Shown: positions 32,938 through 40,925, counted from the first letter of the stretch. The stretch: DNA of 42,325 nucleotides from an uncultured Eubacteriales bacterium (GCA_905201305.1 CAJKNS010000001.1:1-42325); one strand, 5' to 3'. Program-made: numbers and translations. The notes: generated from the letters alone by a model not told the origin.

Positions 32938-32976
32938 TCGCCCCTACAACCATGCGGTTGTAGGGGCGAGTTTTTA
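32938..32976 (+). terminator. intrinsic terminator
   Basis: TCGCCCCTACAAC (32938-32950) and GTTGTAGGGGCGA (32957-32969) are perfect 13-bp arms, followed by GTTTTTA. Confidence 0.7.
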
Positions 32977-33882
32977 TCGCTGCGTCTGGGGGTAATACCA
33001 GCGGTCCGGCTGGCAATGCGCTCGAAGGTAGTTTAAAAATGCGGTGGTCAGCGCGCTGCATTGCTCCGGCTGATAGAGACACAGCAACTGAACCGTCTCC
33101 TCCGGAAGCCGGTAGGCGCGAACTGCCGGATTGTTATGAAGACTGCTGAAGCCTGTTCCAAAGGCAAGGGCTGTGCCCAATTCTGCCATGAGGTAGGTGG
33201 AATAGGGATTTGCGGTATTGCAGACATGCTCCGGGAAAAACTGCTGCTTGGCGCAGATGCTATAAATTCGATTGGTTCGCACATCGCAGTTGGTAAGATA
33301 AAAAGGAAGGTCCTGAAAATCCCGCAATTCCGCGGTGGACGATGCCCTGGGATGGTCCTTATCCACAAAAAAGTAAAAGGGCGTCCGGCACAGAGGCACT
33401 GCCTCCAGTTCTGAAAAATCTTGCCCAAAATCGTTGGTACAGAGTACCAAATCGAATTTTCTCTCGGAAATCCAGTCGATCAGATCGTTAAACGTGTCCG
33501 GCTGACCAAACCAGATCTGCGCGCCGGTTTCTTTTGCAAATGCCCGGCACAGCGGGTTGATAAACGGACCAGGACGCAGCCCGGATGCACAGCCGATGTT
33601 GAGGACCCTTCCGTTGGAACGCTCGTTATTATGGATTTCCACCATCGCCAGCTCCATCCCTCGCTGCATGGAGTAAAACGTCTTTTGCATTACCATGCCC
33701 GACTCCGTCAGCTCTACCCCACGGGGAACTCGGGTAAACAGAACGCAGTCCAGCTCCTGCTCCAGCTGACCAATTTGCTTGCTCAGCGCCTGCTGGGTAA
33801 TGTGCAGAGCTTTTGCCGCTGTGGAAAAATTCAAATATTCCGAAAGCACCAAAAAATACTTGATCTTAATTTCGTTGAGCAT
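32974..33882 (-). CDS. LysR family transcriptional regulator
   Basis: MLNEIKIKYFLVLSEYLNFSTAAKALHITQQALSKQIGQLEQELDCVLFTRVPRGVELTESG. It is divergent from operon D. Confidence 0.9.
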   Translation of the reverse strand: MLNEIKIKYFLVLSEYLNFSTAAKALHITQQALSKQIGQLEQELDCVLFTRVPRGVELTESGMVMQKTFYSMQRGMELAMVEIHNNERSNGRVLNIGCASGLRPGPFINPLCRAFAKETGAQIWFGQPDTFNDLIDWISERKFDLVLCTNDFGQDFSELEAVPLCRTPFYFFVDKDHPRASSTAELRDFQDLPFYLTNCDVRTNRIYSICAKQQFFPEHVCNTANPYSTYLMAELGTALAFGTGFSSLHNNPAVRAYRLPEETVQLLCLYQPEQCSALTTAFLNYLRAHCQPDRWYYPQTQR

Positions 33883-33922
33883 ACCATCACCATATCCACT
33901 ATATCATAAAATTATGGAAAAA

Positions 33923-33962
33923 TCCACAAATAGCATACAACATTCAGGTTGTTGTTTGTGGA
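33923..33962. promoter_or_regulatory. nested palindrome in the LysR / operon D divergent region (candidate LysR-binding site)
   Basis: Sequence is TCCACAAA-tagcat-ACAAC-attcag-GTTGT-tg-TTTGTGGA. Outer arms are 8 bp and inner arms 5 bp. A TATAAT lies at 33998-34003 downstream. Confidence 0.55.
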
Positions 33963-34034
33963 AAAAAGAGTTGTTTTTCGATGAAGTGCGGATTCGATAT
34001 AATGGATTTATTCAAACAGAAAGAAGGTAATGTT

Positions 34035-34688
34035 ATGGCAAAGCGACTGTATTTTAGCGATCTTGCCCGTGAGCTTGGAATTGCCGGCAGAGAAATGCCG
34101 CCCATGGGTGGTCCACCTCCGGCGCCTGCTTTGGGAAATCATCCCATGACCCATCCCAATGTATGGCGAAAGGAAGGCGGTGAAAAGCTGCTTTCTTATC
34201 TCAAGGCACATTATCACGCCGGAGATGAGCTGGAATATGACGGTCATGCGGACTGCTGGCTGATGCTTGCAATGATGGACCAGATGCGGGACTGCAAGCT
34301 CTCCACTTACATTGGCGCAGGCTTTGACCGCAGCTTACCCATTGAGGCATACCGGCTGGGTCCCGAACCGGCGCCCAATCAGCCCTGTACCTTCACGGTG
34401 GTGGAGCAGGGGGAGAATATCCAGCTTACCGTGCACCTCACCCCCGACGGCACCCCATTCGATCTGCCCTTCCGGGAGATTGTTGCGCCCCAGCTGCCAA
34501 CAGGGAAAAACATTTTTGTCCGGCTGGAGGGACGGCATTTGCTGTTTACGTTCCCGATTTCCCTGACCTACGGAACAACCTGCCGGAGTATTGTGATGGA
34601 TTATGACCAGGAGTGCTTTGTCTCCGTTTCCAATGCTCCGGAGCTTCAGGTGGGAGACTGCATTCCAAATCCCTTTGCGACCGCTTAA
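34035..34688 (+). CDS. hypothetical protein (217 aa), first gene of operon D
   Basis: GAAGG lies 7 nt upstream of ATG 34035 (MAKRLYFSDLARELGIAGREMPPMGGPPPAPALGNHPMTHP...). The track start 33981 lies upstream of the candidate -10. There is no signal peptide, no TM segment and no recognisable family. Confidence 0.6.
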   Translation: MAKRLYFSDLARELGIAGREMPPMGGPPPAPALGNHPMTHPNVWRKEGGEKLLSYLKAHYHAGDELEYDGHADCWLMLAMMDQMRDCKLSTYIGAGFDRSLPIEAYRLGPEPAPNQPCTFTVVEQGENIQLTVHLTPDGTPFDLPFREIVAPQLPTGKNIFVRLEGRHLLFTFPISLTYGTTCRSIVMDYDQECFVSVSNAPELQVGDCIPNPFATA

Positions 34689-34700
34689 ATTGAAAGGAGA

Positions 34701-36446
34701 ATGAAAATGAAAAAGATTGGAAGCCTTCTGCTTGCCGCAGCCATGCTGCTGGGCATGTTATCCGCCTGCGGTCAGGAATCAGAAGTCTCTGCTCCGGCTG
34801 CCGCTGCAAGCCATCAGGAGGAATCGGCAGCTCCCACAGCATCCGCTGCACCGGCTCCTGACGCTGCGGATTCGCAGCAGGACATTGCTTCTGCTCCGGA
34901 GGAGAGCGTTCAGGAAACCATCGACTATGTTTCCCCCTTCCCGCTGAGTGAGCCTGCGACTCTGACTGCATGGGCAATGTGGATTCCCGGCATTGAGCAG
35001 TATGTTTCCTCACCCATGGAGACTGCCGTATTTCGGGAGATGAAACAGCGCACCAACGTTACCCTGGAAATGTCGCTGGCGTCCAGCCCGGAAACCGCCA
35101 TGACCGAGATCAACCTGATTATTGCCTCCGGCGACTATCCCGACCTCATTAACAACCTTCAGGGCTACTATTCTTCCGGTCTGGACTCCGCCATTGAGCA
35201 GGAGGTCATTGTGGACATTCTGGACTATGAGGATATCATGCCCAACTACTTTGCGAAGCTCCGGGAGCGGGATGCTATGGAGGATGCCACCACGGAAGAC
35301 GGTCACATCGGCGTGGTCTACCAGGTGAGCAAGGGCTCCGACACCATTCAGAGCGGTCTGACCCTTCGGAAGGACTGGATGGAGGAGCTGGGCGCAGACG
35401 CTCCTACCACCTATGATGAGCTGCATGATCTGCTGATGCAGTTTAAAAGCAAATATGACGTTTCCCAGCCCCTGTATGTGCCCAAGAGCGGTGCACCGGA
35501 TACCATGTTTGATGGCTTCGGCACGGAGCTGGACTACGTGATGAACAACGAGATGGGCTCTGCGCCCTGGAACTATGTGGACAATGGCAGCGGTCTGGAC
35601 GTGGTTTTCGGCTTTATGGACGACAGCTACTATGACATTCTGGAGCTGATGCACAGCTGGTACAGCGATGGTCTGTTCTCTGCGGACTATCTTAACAACA
35701 ACTATAATGTAGACGCCGACAACCTGACCTCCGGCGATTTTGCCTGCCTGTTTGCAACAGAGCAGTCCCTGAATGCCGGCAACACCTTTGTACCCCACAT
35801 GTGGGATGCGTACCCCAACGTTTCTCTGAACGGCGAAAAGATCCGTGCTTCCAGCGAAACCACCTCTGCCATTGCAGCGCAGGGCTACTCCATCACCACC
35901 ACCTGCGAAGACAAAGAGCTGGCAGCCCAGTGGCTGGACTATCAGTACACTGATGAATCCTATCTGCTGAATAACTACGGTCTGGAGGGTCAGGGCTTTG
36001 AATACGACGACAAGGGCGAGCCTGCACTGACGGATCTCATTATGAACAATCCCGACGGCATTCCTCAGGCTTACACCCAGTTTATCTATCTGAGCGTCAC
36101 CGGCTCCTTCTATCTGGACAACGACCGCTTTAAGAGCAACTACTGCGAGGAAGCAAAAGCCTGCAACGACGTGTGGAGAAGCGCCTATGACTATTATGAC
36201 ACCCCCTATAACACCCGCGCCATTGCTCTGACCACCGAGGAAACCGAGCGCTATGCCCAGGTCTTCTCCGACATCTCCACCTACTGCAACCAGGCGATTG
36301 CCGAATTCATCACCGGTCAGAATGCCCTGACCCAGGAGAGCTTTGACGCCTTCCGTGAGAATCTTACCACCATGGGCATTGACGAGTGCCGGAGCATTTG
36401 GCAGGATGCCGCAAACCGCTATGTGGCTTCTCTGAACGCCGCCTGA
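34701..36446 (+). CDS. extracellular solute-binding lipoprotein, large family-1 type: SBP-D
   Basis: Lipoprotein signal M(KM)KKIGSLLLAAAMLLGMLSAC. ATG 34707 has better SD spacing than 34701. Acidic linker follows. Paralog motifs ASGDYPDL and C-terminal IWQDAANRY. Confidence 0.85.
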   Translation: MKMKKIGSLLLAAAMLLGMLSACGQESEVSAPAAAASHQEESAAPTASAAPAPDAADSQQDIASAPEESVQETIDYVSPFPLSEPATLTAWAMWIPGIEQYVSSPMETAVFREMKQRTNVTLEMSLASSPETAMTEINLIIASGDYPDLINNLQGYYSSGLDSAIEQEVIVDILDYEDIMPNYFAKLRERDAMEDATTEDGHIGVVYQVSKGSDTIQSGLTLRKDWMEELGADAPTTYDELHDLLMQFKSKYDVSQPLYVPKSGAPDTMFDGFGTELDYVMNNEMGSAPWNYVDNGSGLDVVFGFMDDSYYDILELMHSWYSDGLFSADYLNNNYNVDADNLTSGDFACLFATEQSLNAGNTFVPHMWDAYPNVSLNGEKIRASSETTSAIAAQGYSITTTCEDKELAAQWLDYQYTDESYLLNNYGLEGQGFEYDDKGEPALTDLIMNNPDGIPQAYTQFIYLSVTGSFYLDNDRFKSNYCEEAKACNDVWRSAYDYYDTPYNTRAIALTTEETERYAQVFSDISTYCNQAIAEFITGQNALTQESFDAFRENLTTMGIDECRSIWQDAANRYVASLNAA

Positions 36447-36457
36447 TTTAGACCATG

Positions 36458-36485
36458 GGAGCGGATGATTGAAGCCATCCGCTCC
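36458..36485 (+). other. intercistronic stem-loop directly upstream of the D1 ribosome-binding site
   Basis: GGAGCGGATG (36458-36467) pairs with CATCCGCTCC (36476-36485). AGGAGG follows at about 36488. Confidence 0.5.
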
Positions 36486-36499
36486 TCAGGAGGAATTTT

Positions 36500-37246
36500 A
36501 TGCTGACAAAAAACACCCTTACCCCGGAATTGCAGATTGAGCGCTGGGAGGACCGAAGGGATATCAAGAACCTGATGGGTCGCTATGCCTATGATCTGCT
36601 CATTAAAAACGAAAAGAACATCTATGCTGCCCATTGGTCCACCAGACCGGACGTCTGCCTGATGTACCCTTGGGGCACCTATCGCGGCGCAGCGGCAGTC
36701 CGGGATTTCTATGCCGCGCTGGACCGTTATAATGCCGAGCGCGCCCGCTGGTATCAGGAGATGATGCCGGAAAAGACCAAGGGACTCTCTCAGGAGGAGC
36801 TTTACGGCATCGGCTCCTACCATGGTATGCACCTGACGACCCCCTGTATCATCGTTGCCGACGACGGAGAAACTGCCCAGGCAATTTACTGGTGTCACGA
36901 TGTCTATGACGTGATGTGCGAGGCGGGGAACACCGGAAAGTGGGATATCGGGCTGCTGTTTTTAGACCTTGTCTATGAGGACGGCAGTTGGAAGCTCTGG
37001 CATATGCGCTGCGCCTTTGAGGTCAGCGGTCCCCACGGTCAGCCCTTTGGCACGGAATTTACCCTGCCCGGTGAGCCCATTTCCTATCTGGTGGAGGAGC
37101 TGAACAAGGCAAAGGAATGGTTCCCCCAGCCCAATGATCCCACCCCCTCTCACATCATGTATCAAAAGGGGAGAACCGCGCCCCAGTATCCCCCCTGCCC
37201 GAAGCCCTATGCCACCTGGCAGGACAGCCAAAGCTATGGCGTATAA
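36500..37246 (+). CDS. NTF2/SnoaL-like domain protein (D1)
   Basis: N-terminal helix WEDRRDIKNLMGRYAYDLL. Core IIVADDGETAQAIYWCH and LVYEDGSWKLWHMRCAF. Tail ..YPPCPKPYATWQDSQSYGV. Confidence 0.75.
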   Translation: MLTKNTLTPELQIERWEDRRDIKNLMGRYAYDLLIKNEKNIYAAHWSTRPDVCLMYPWGTYRGAAAVRDFYAALDRYNAERARWYQEMMPEKTKGLSQEELYGIGSYHGMHLTTPCIIVADDGETAQAIYWCHDVYDVMCEAGNTGKWDIGLLFLDLVYEDGSWKLWHMRCAFEVSGPHGQPFGTEFTLPGEPISYLVEELNKAKEWFPQPNDPTPSHIMYQKGRTAPQYPPCPKPYATWQDSQSYGV

Positions 37247-37258
37247 GGAGGCAGTATC

Positions 37259-37996
37259 ATGAACGCAAAATATCCATTCCCCGCTTATATCGAATGCTGC
37301 CCCTATGAGCCGCTGCTGCCGGACTATACTCCGGAGGAGCAGCTGGATGCCGTGCTGGCGAAGGACGAGGTTATGAACCTCATGGGACTGCGAAACTATT
37401 ATTATCTTGCAAATGATCTGCCCGGTCTGCTGGAGCAGCTTTGGGTGCAGGAACCGGAGAACAGAAAGACAGCCTCCCTGGGCTCCAACTTTGGCTTTTA
37501 CATTGGCTGGGAGGAAATCCAGCGGTATGTCCGGGAGCGTTCCCAGCGCATTTTGGTGGGCAGTCAGTGCCAGTCGGTAAATACCCCCATGATTCACGTG
37601 GCATTTGACCGAAAAACCGCCCGTGGGCTTTGGTATTCCGACGGCTATATCACCGATCTTCAGGGCAATACCGATGTGATCGCCCAGAAGGTAGCGGTGG
37701 ACTTCATTCGAGAAGGCGACCAGTGGAAGATCTGGCACCTCACCTATGGTGCAGACCTGGTGGATGCACTCCATAGCGATCCCATAGAAGGCGACTATGG
37801 CATGCTGGGGCAGCTGAAAACGTGGTTTGGAACCCCCACCGTTGCCTGCATCACCCATGATCCCAAGTACAACTGGAACGACAATTATCCGGCGGAGCCC
37901 GAGCCCTATGAGAGCTTCCGTTCCACCGAGAGCTATGGTCCCGAGGGATGCCCCCGGTACCGGCAGCACATGCGGGAGGTGAAGCACCATGCGTAA
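37259..37996 (+). CDS. NTF2/SnoaL-like domain protein (D2)
   Basis: AAGGAGG lies 7 nt upstream. Core IHVAFDRKTARGLWYSD and DFIREGDQWKIWHLTYG. Tail YPAEPEPYESFRSTESYGPEG. Confidence 0.7.
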   Translation: MNAKYPFPAYIECCPYEPLLPDYTPEEQLDAVLAKDEVMNLMGLRNYYYLANDLPGLLEQLWVQEPENRKTASLGSNFGFYIGWEEIQRYVRERSQRILVGSQCQSVNTPMIHVAFDRKTARGLWYSDGYITDLQGNTDVIAQKVAVDFIREGDQWKIWHLTYGADLVDALHSDPIEGDYGMLGQLKTWFGTPTVACITHDPKYNWNDNYPAEPEPYESFRSTESYGPEGCPRYRQHMREVKHHA

Positions 37997-38816
37997 ATCC
38001 CATCTGAGCTTTGAACAGCGGGTTCACAATGCCTATGGCAGCCAGGAGGTGGAGAACGTCCGGGCAAGCCATGCCTTTGGTCATGCCCGCAACCTTTCCA
38101 CCCGGGAATGGGGCAATATCTGGGCAACCTGCCCGGATACCGCCTGGGCGCACAGCTTTGGGCGAAATCGGGGCTTTGAGGCAATTTGGCGCATCTGCGT
38201 AGCCAACTATGACGTCAAGGGCTGCATCAACTATCTAAAGCTCTTCGATGATAACTCCGATGCGCTGGGCTTTGATATGCGTTCGATGATGATGGTAGCC
38301 ATGCATTGCCTGTCCACCGAATGCGTAGAAATGGCGGACGATGGAAAAACCGCCCGTGCCTGGCATCTGACCCCCGGCGGCTGCTTCAACCACATGGGAC
38401 CGAAAATGCCCGGACCTCAGGGGGATCAGCCCCGTCCGGAGCGAATTTCCGGCGGCTATGAGCGCTATGGCTCCGACTATGTGTTTGAGGACGGGCGCTG
38501 GAAGCTGCTGCATGAGCACATATCCCCGGATCTCCACGGCACGTTCTGGCATGGCGATTTCTTCTATCAGGGCTTCCATGATGCCGTCACCGGAAAGGAG
38601 CGCGGACCCATGATGCCGCCTCCCGGGAACAGCAAATACGATGCCATTGTGCCGGATGTCTTCCCGGATATGCAGGAGCTCAAGGACAACCACTATGACT
38701 ACAGTGCCCTTCAGCCGGTGCAGCCATCCTGCCGTCCGCCGGAGCCTTACGAAACCTTCGATGAAAACAATACCTATGCGCCGATCATTGATCCGGAGTA
38801 TTTCCGGAGCCTGTAA
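37989..38816 (+). CDS. NTF2/SnoaL-like domain protein (D3), most divergent copy
   Basis: 8-nt overlap with D2, with GGGAGGTG upstream. Core VEMADDGKTARAWHLTP and YVFEDGRWKLLHEHISP. Tail CRPPEPYETFDENNTYAPI. Confidence 0.65.
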   Translation: MRKSHLSFEQRVHNAYGSQEVENVRASHAFGHARNLSTREWGNIWATCPDTAWAHSFGRNRGFEAIWRICVANYDVKGCINYLKLFDDNSDALGFDMRSMMMVAMHCLSTECVEMADDGKTARAWHLTPGGCFNHMGPKMPGPQGDQPRPERISGGYERYGSDYVFEDGRWKLLHEHISPDLHGTFWHGDFFYQGFHDAVTGKERGPMMPPPGNSKYDAIVPDVFPDMQELKDNHYDYSALQPVQPSCRPPEPYETFDENNTYAPIIDPEYFRSL

Positions 38817-38866
38817 GGGCTTTCGCAGGAGGCAAGCTGTGTAGACAGGACAAATTGCAAAAGCCA

Positions 38867-38915
38867 AGCTGCCCGTCAGATTTTTCCTTTACGGAATTCT
38901 GACGGGCAGCTTTTA
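38867..38915. terminator. terminator hairpin between operon D and the convergent small secreted-protein gene
   Basis: AGCTGCCCGTCAGA (38867-38880) and TCTGACGGGCAGCT (38898-38911) are perfect 14-bp arms, followed by TTTTAT. Confidence 0.7.
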
Positions 38916-38947
38916 TGAAAAGAGATGAAAAAACGCGTTACAGCACA

Positions 38948-39397
38948 TTATTTGGCTTTTCCGTAAGACGTTGTGTAGGTTCCGGAATCACCGCCGGAGC
39001 TATTGGACGCCTTAAAGGTGATAATTGCATAGTACTTGGCACCGCTGGTTGCGCCGGTATAGGTTACGGAGCTCGAAAAGGAATATCGGTTGCTTCCCAT
39101 CATACCGGTTGTGCTTGTTGAATAAAATGTCTTTACGCAGGTTCCGCTGGAATTATAGATTTGAATTTTGGAGGCACCCAGGCTTGTCATTTTTCCCGTT
39201 GCAGTAATATTAAACTGCACCTTGAGTGAGCCTGTCGTGCTTCCCGCTTCCACATATGCGGAGTAGGAACTGATGTAATTGCTTGCATGTGGTGAGATTC
39301 CGCCATTGGAGTCTTCGGCAAATACGGGTGCGATTGTTGTACACAGAATTAAAATAGAAAGAAATAGCGCTGTAATATGAAATAGCTTCCGTTTCAT
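38948..39397 (-). CDS. small secreted Ser/Thr/Gly-rich protein (149 aa), function unknown
   Basis: AAGGAGG lies 7 nt upstream. Signal peptide MKRKLFHITALFLSILILCTTIAPVFAED. The mature part is beta-strand-like (KVQFNITATGKMT, KYYAIITFKASNSS). Confidence 0.7.
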   Translation of the reverse strand: MKRKLFHITALFLSILILCTTIAPVFAEDSNGGISPHASNYISSYSAYVEAGSTTGSLKVQFNITATGKMTSLGASKIQIYNSSGTCVKTFYSTSTTGMMGSNRYSFSSSVTYTGATSGAKYYAIITFKASNSSGGDSGTYTTSYGKAK

Positions 39398-39568
39398 TTG
39401 GGGACCTCCTTATAAATTGAGTTGATCAACTGTATTTACAGCATACCATTTTCTTCCTATATTGTCAATCATTTTTTGGCAAAAATACTCTGATGGGCAA
39501 AAAACAACCATAATCAGATGGATGATGATAGGAATATGAGGTTCCCTTTGCACGAAGCACACCGCATA

Positions 39569-39577
39569 TGGTATACT
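39569..39577 (+). promoter_or_regulatory. extended -10 promoter TGgTATACT upstream of the decayed SBP-E gene
   Basis: TG at 39569-39570 and TATACT at 39572-39577. GGAAAGGGA lies 7 nt upstream of ATG 39611. Confidence 0.5.
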
Positions 39578-39610
39578 ATTTATATGCATAGTGCGGAAAG
39601 GGATATGTGT

Positions 39611-40788
39611 ATGGATACGGTGTTTTGGATTGCACTTCTGGTGATCGTGGTACTGGGATGTATCGGGGGTTGGATGCTGGTTCGGCAGATGCGGCGGCAG
39701 AGCGCTTTGCTGCGCCGACTGTGGGAGCAGAGCTTTGTGCTGCGGCTGCTGGAGGATCAGTCCCCGGAGTATGCCATGGATCAGCAGTACATCAGGGATA
39801 TTCAAAAGCAATTACGGTGCAACGCTGTGGCTGCCCAGCACCGGTGTTCCCAACGGCAACTACCTCAGCGCAGGCTATGGCGTGGCGAACTATTGCGGCA
39901 GCACCACAGCGCAGCAGCCCTTCTATCAGGTGGATGGTACCGTGAAGTATGGACCACTGGAGGATGAGACGCTGGACTTCCTGACTATGATGCATCAGTG
40001 GTACACCGAGGGACTGATCTATCCGGACTTCATCAACAATATGGCGCCCCTTTGCAACGGATGCCAGTGTCATTGCCGACGGCTCCGTGGGCATCTGGTA
40101 TGATGTGACAGGTCTGCTGGCGATGCACCAGTCCGTGGGTGAGGCAGCTGATCCAAATTTCAACCTCATGCCCATTCCTGACGCCAAGAAGAGCGAGGAT
40201 GAGACGAACCATCTTAGAATCAGCAACGATCTGGTGGACGGCAACGGCATCTGCATTTCCGTGGATTGCAAGGACACGGAAGCGGCAGCCAAGTGGATGG
40301 ACTATCTCTACACCGACGATGGTCGGACGCTGCGAACCTGGGGTCTGGAGGGACTGACCTTTGAATACGGTGAGGATGGCACCCCGCATTATATGGATCT
40401 GATTGTAAACAATCCGGACGGACTGTCTGAAGCACAGGCGCGTTCCCTGTATATCTATACAGGTATCCCCGGTATTACCAGCTGGAAGGCGTCTACCAGC
40501 GGCTATACCGAGGCGCAGAACCGCAGCATCGACGTATGGCTGACCTCTGATGCCGACTACAACTATCCCGCCAACGTGAAGTTCAATGATGCCGCAGGAG
40601 AAAGCGCTGAGCTGGGCACCCTATACAGCGACATCAAGACCTATGTGCAGACCTCTCTGGTGCAGTTCATTGTAGGAGAAAAGCCCCTCAGCGAATTTGA
40701 TGCGTTCCATCAGGAGTGCTATGATATGGGGATCGAGGATTGCCTGAAGATTTATCAGGACGCCCTGGACCGCTATCAGGAACGCTGA
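39611..40788 (+). pseudogene. decayed solute-binding protein gene SBP-E (internal deletion plus two +1 frameshifts)
   Basis: ATG 39611 gives a hydrophobic N-terminus with a lipobox-like VLGC. Frame 2 ..SFVLRLLEDQSPEYAMDQQYIRD matches paralogs at about residue 210-240. Skipping base 39800 continues FKSNYGATLW...YQVDGTVKYGPLED...LIYPDFINNMAP. Skipping one C of the CCCC run at 40047-40050 continues FATDASVIADGSVGIWYDV... to the conserved C-terminus KIYQDALDRYQER (stop at 40788). About 180 N-terminal-lobe residues are missing. Confidence 0.65.
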
Positions 40789-40888
40789 ATTCGTGAGCCC
40801 TGACGAGCGTGCAAGGATCTGACCCATAGCGTCCCAAGCATGGTATAGATGTGCTACCCCCAGCCGCTGTACCTGTTTTGAACAAACA

Positions 40889-40925
40889 CCCACTGGCTGT
40901 GTCGTGCTGCCAGTGGGCATTTCTT
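40889..40925 (+). terminator. stem-loop downstream of SBP-E
   Basis: CCCACTGGC (40889-40897) pairs with GCCAGTGGG (40909-40917), followed by CATTTCTTG. Confidence 0.45.

Noticed and set aside
27880-32970. Annotating the TetR/GNAT/ABC cassette as a defined mobile element or genomic island.
   Set aside because: I found no integrase, transposase, relaxase, tRNA target or flanking direct or inverted repeats. Only indirect evidence exists (a truncated neighbour gene and decayed genes), so it is reported as a finding and not as a mobile_element feature.
26413-40788. The idea that the truncated SBP-C (26413-27879) and the SBP-E fragment (39.7-40.8 kb) are the two halves of one gene split by an insertion.
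   Set aside because: Their homologous regions overlap by about 250 residues. Both contain the FK..Y, YQVDG-equivalent and W..Y.. segments, and they differ in sequence. They derive from two different paralogs.
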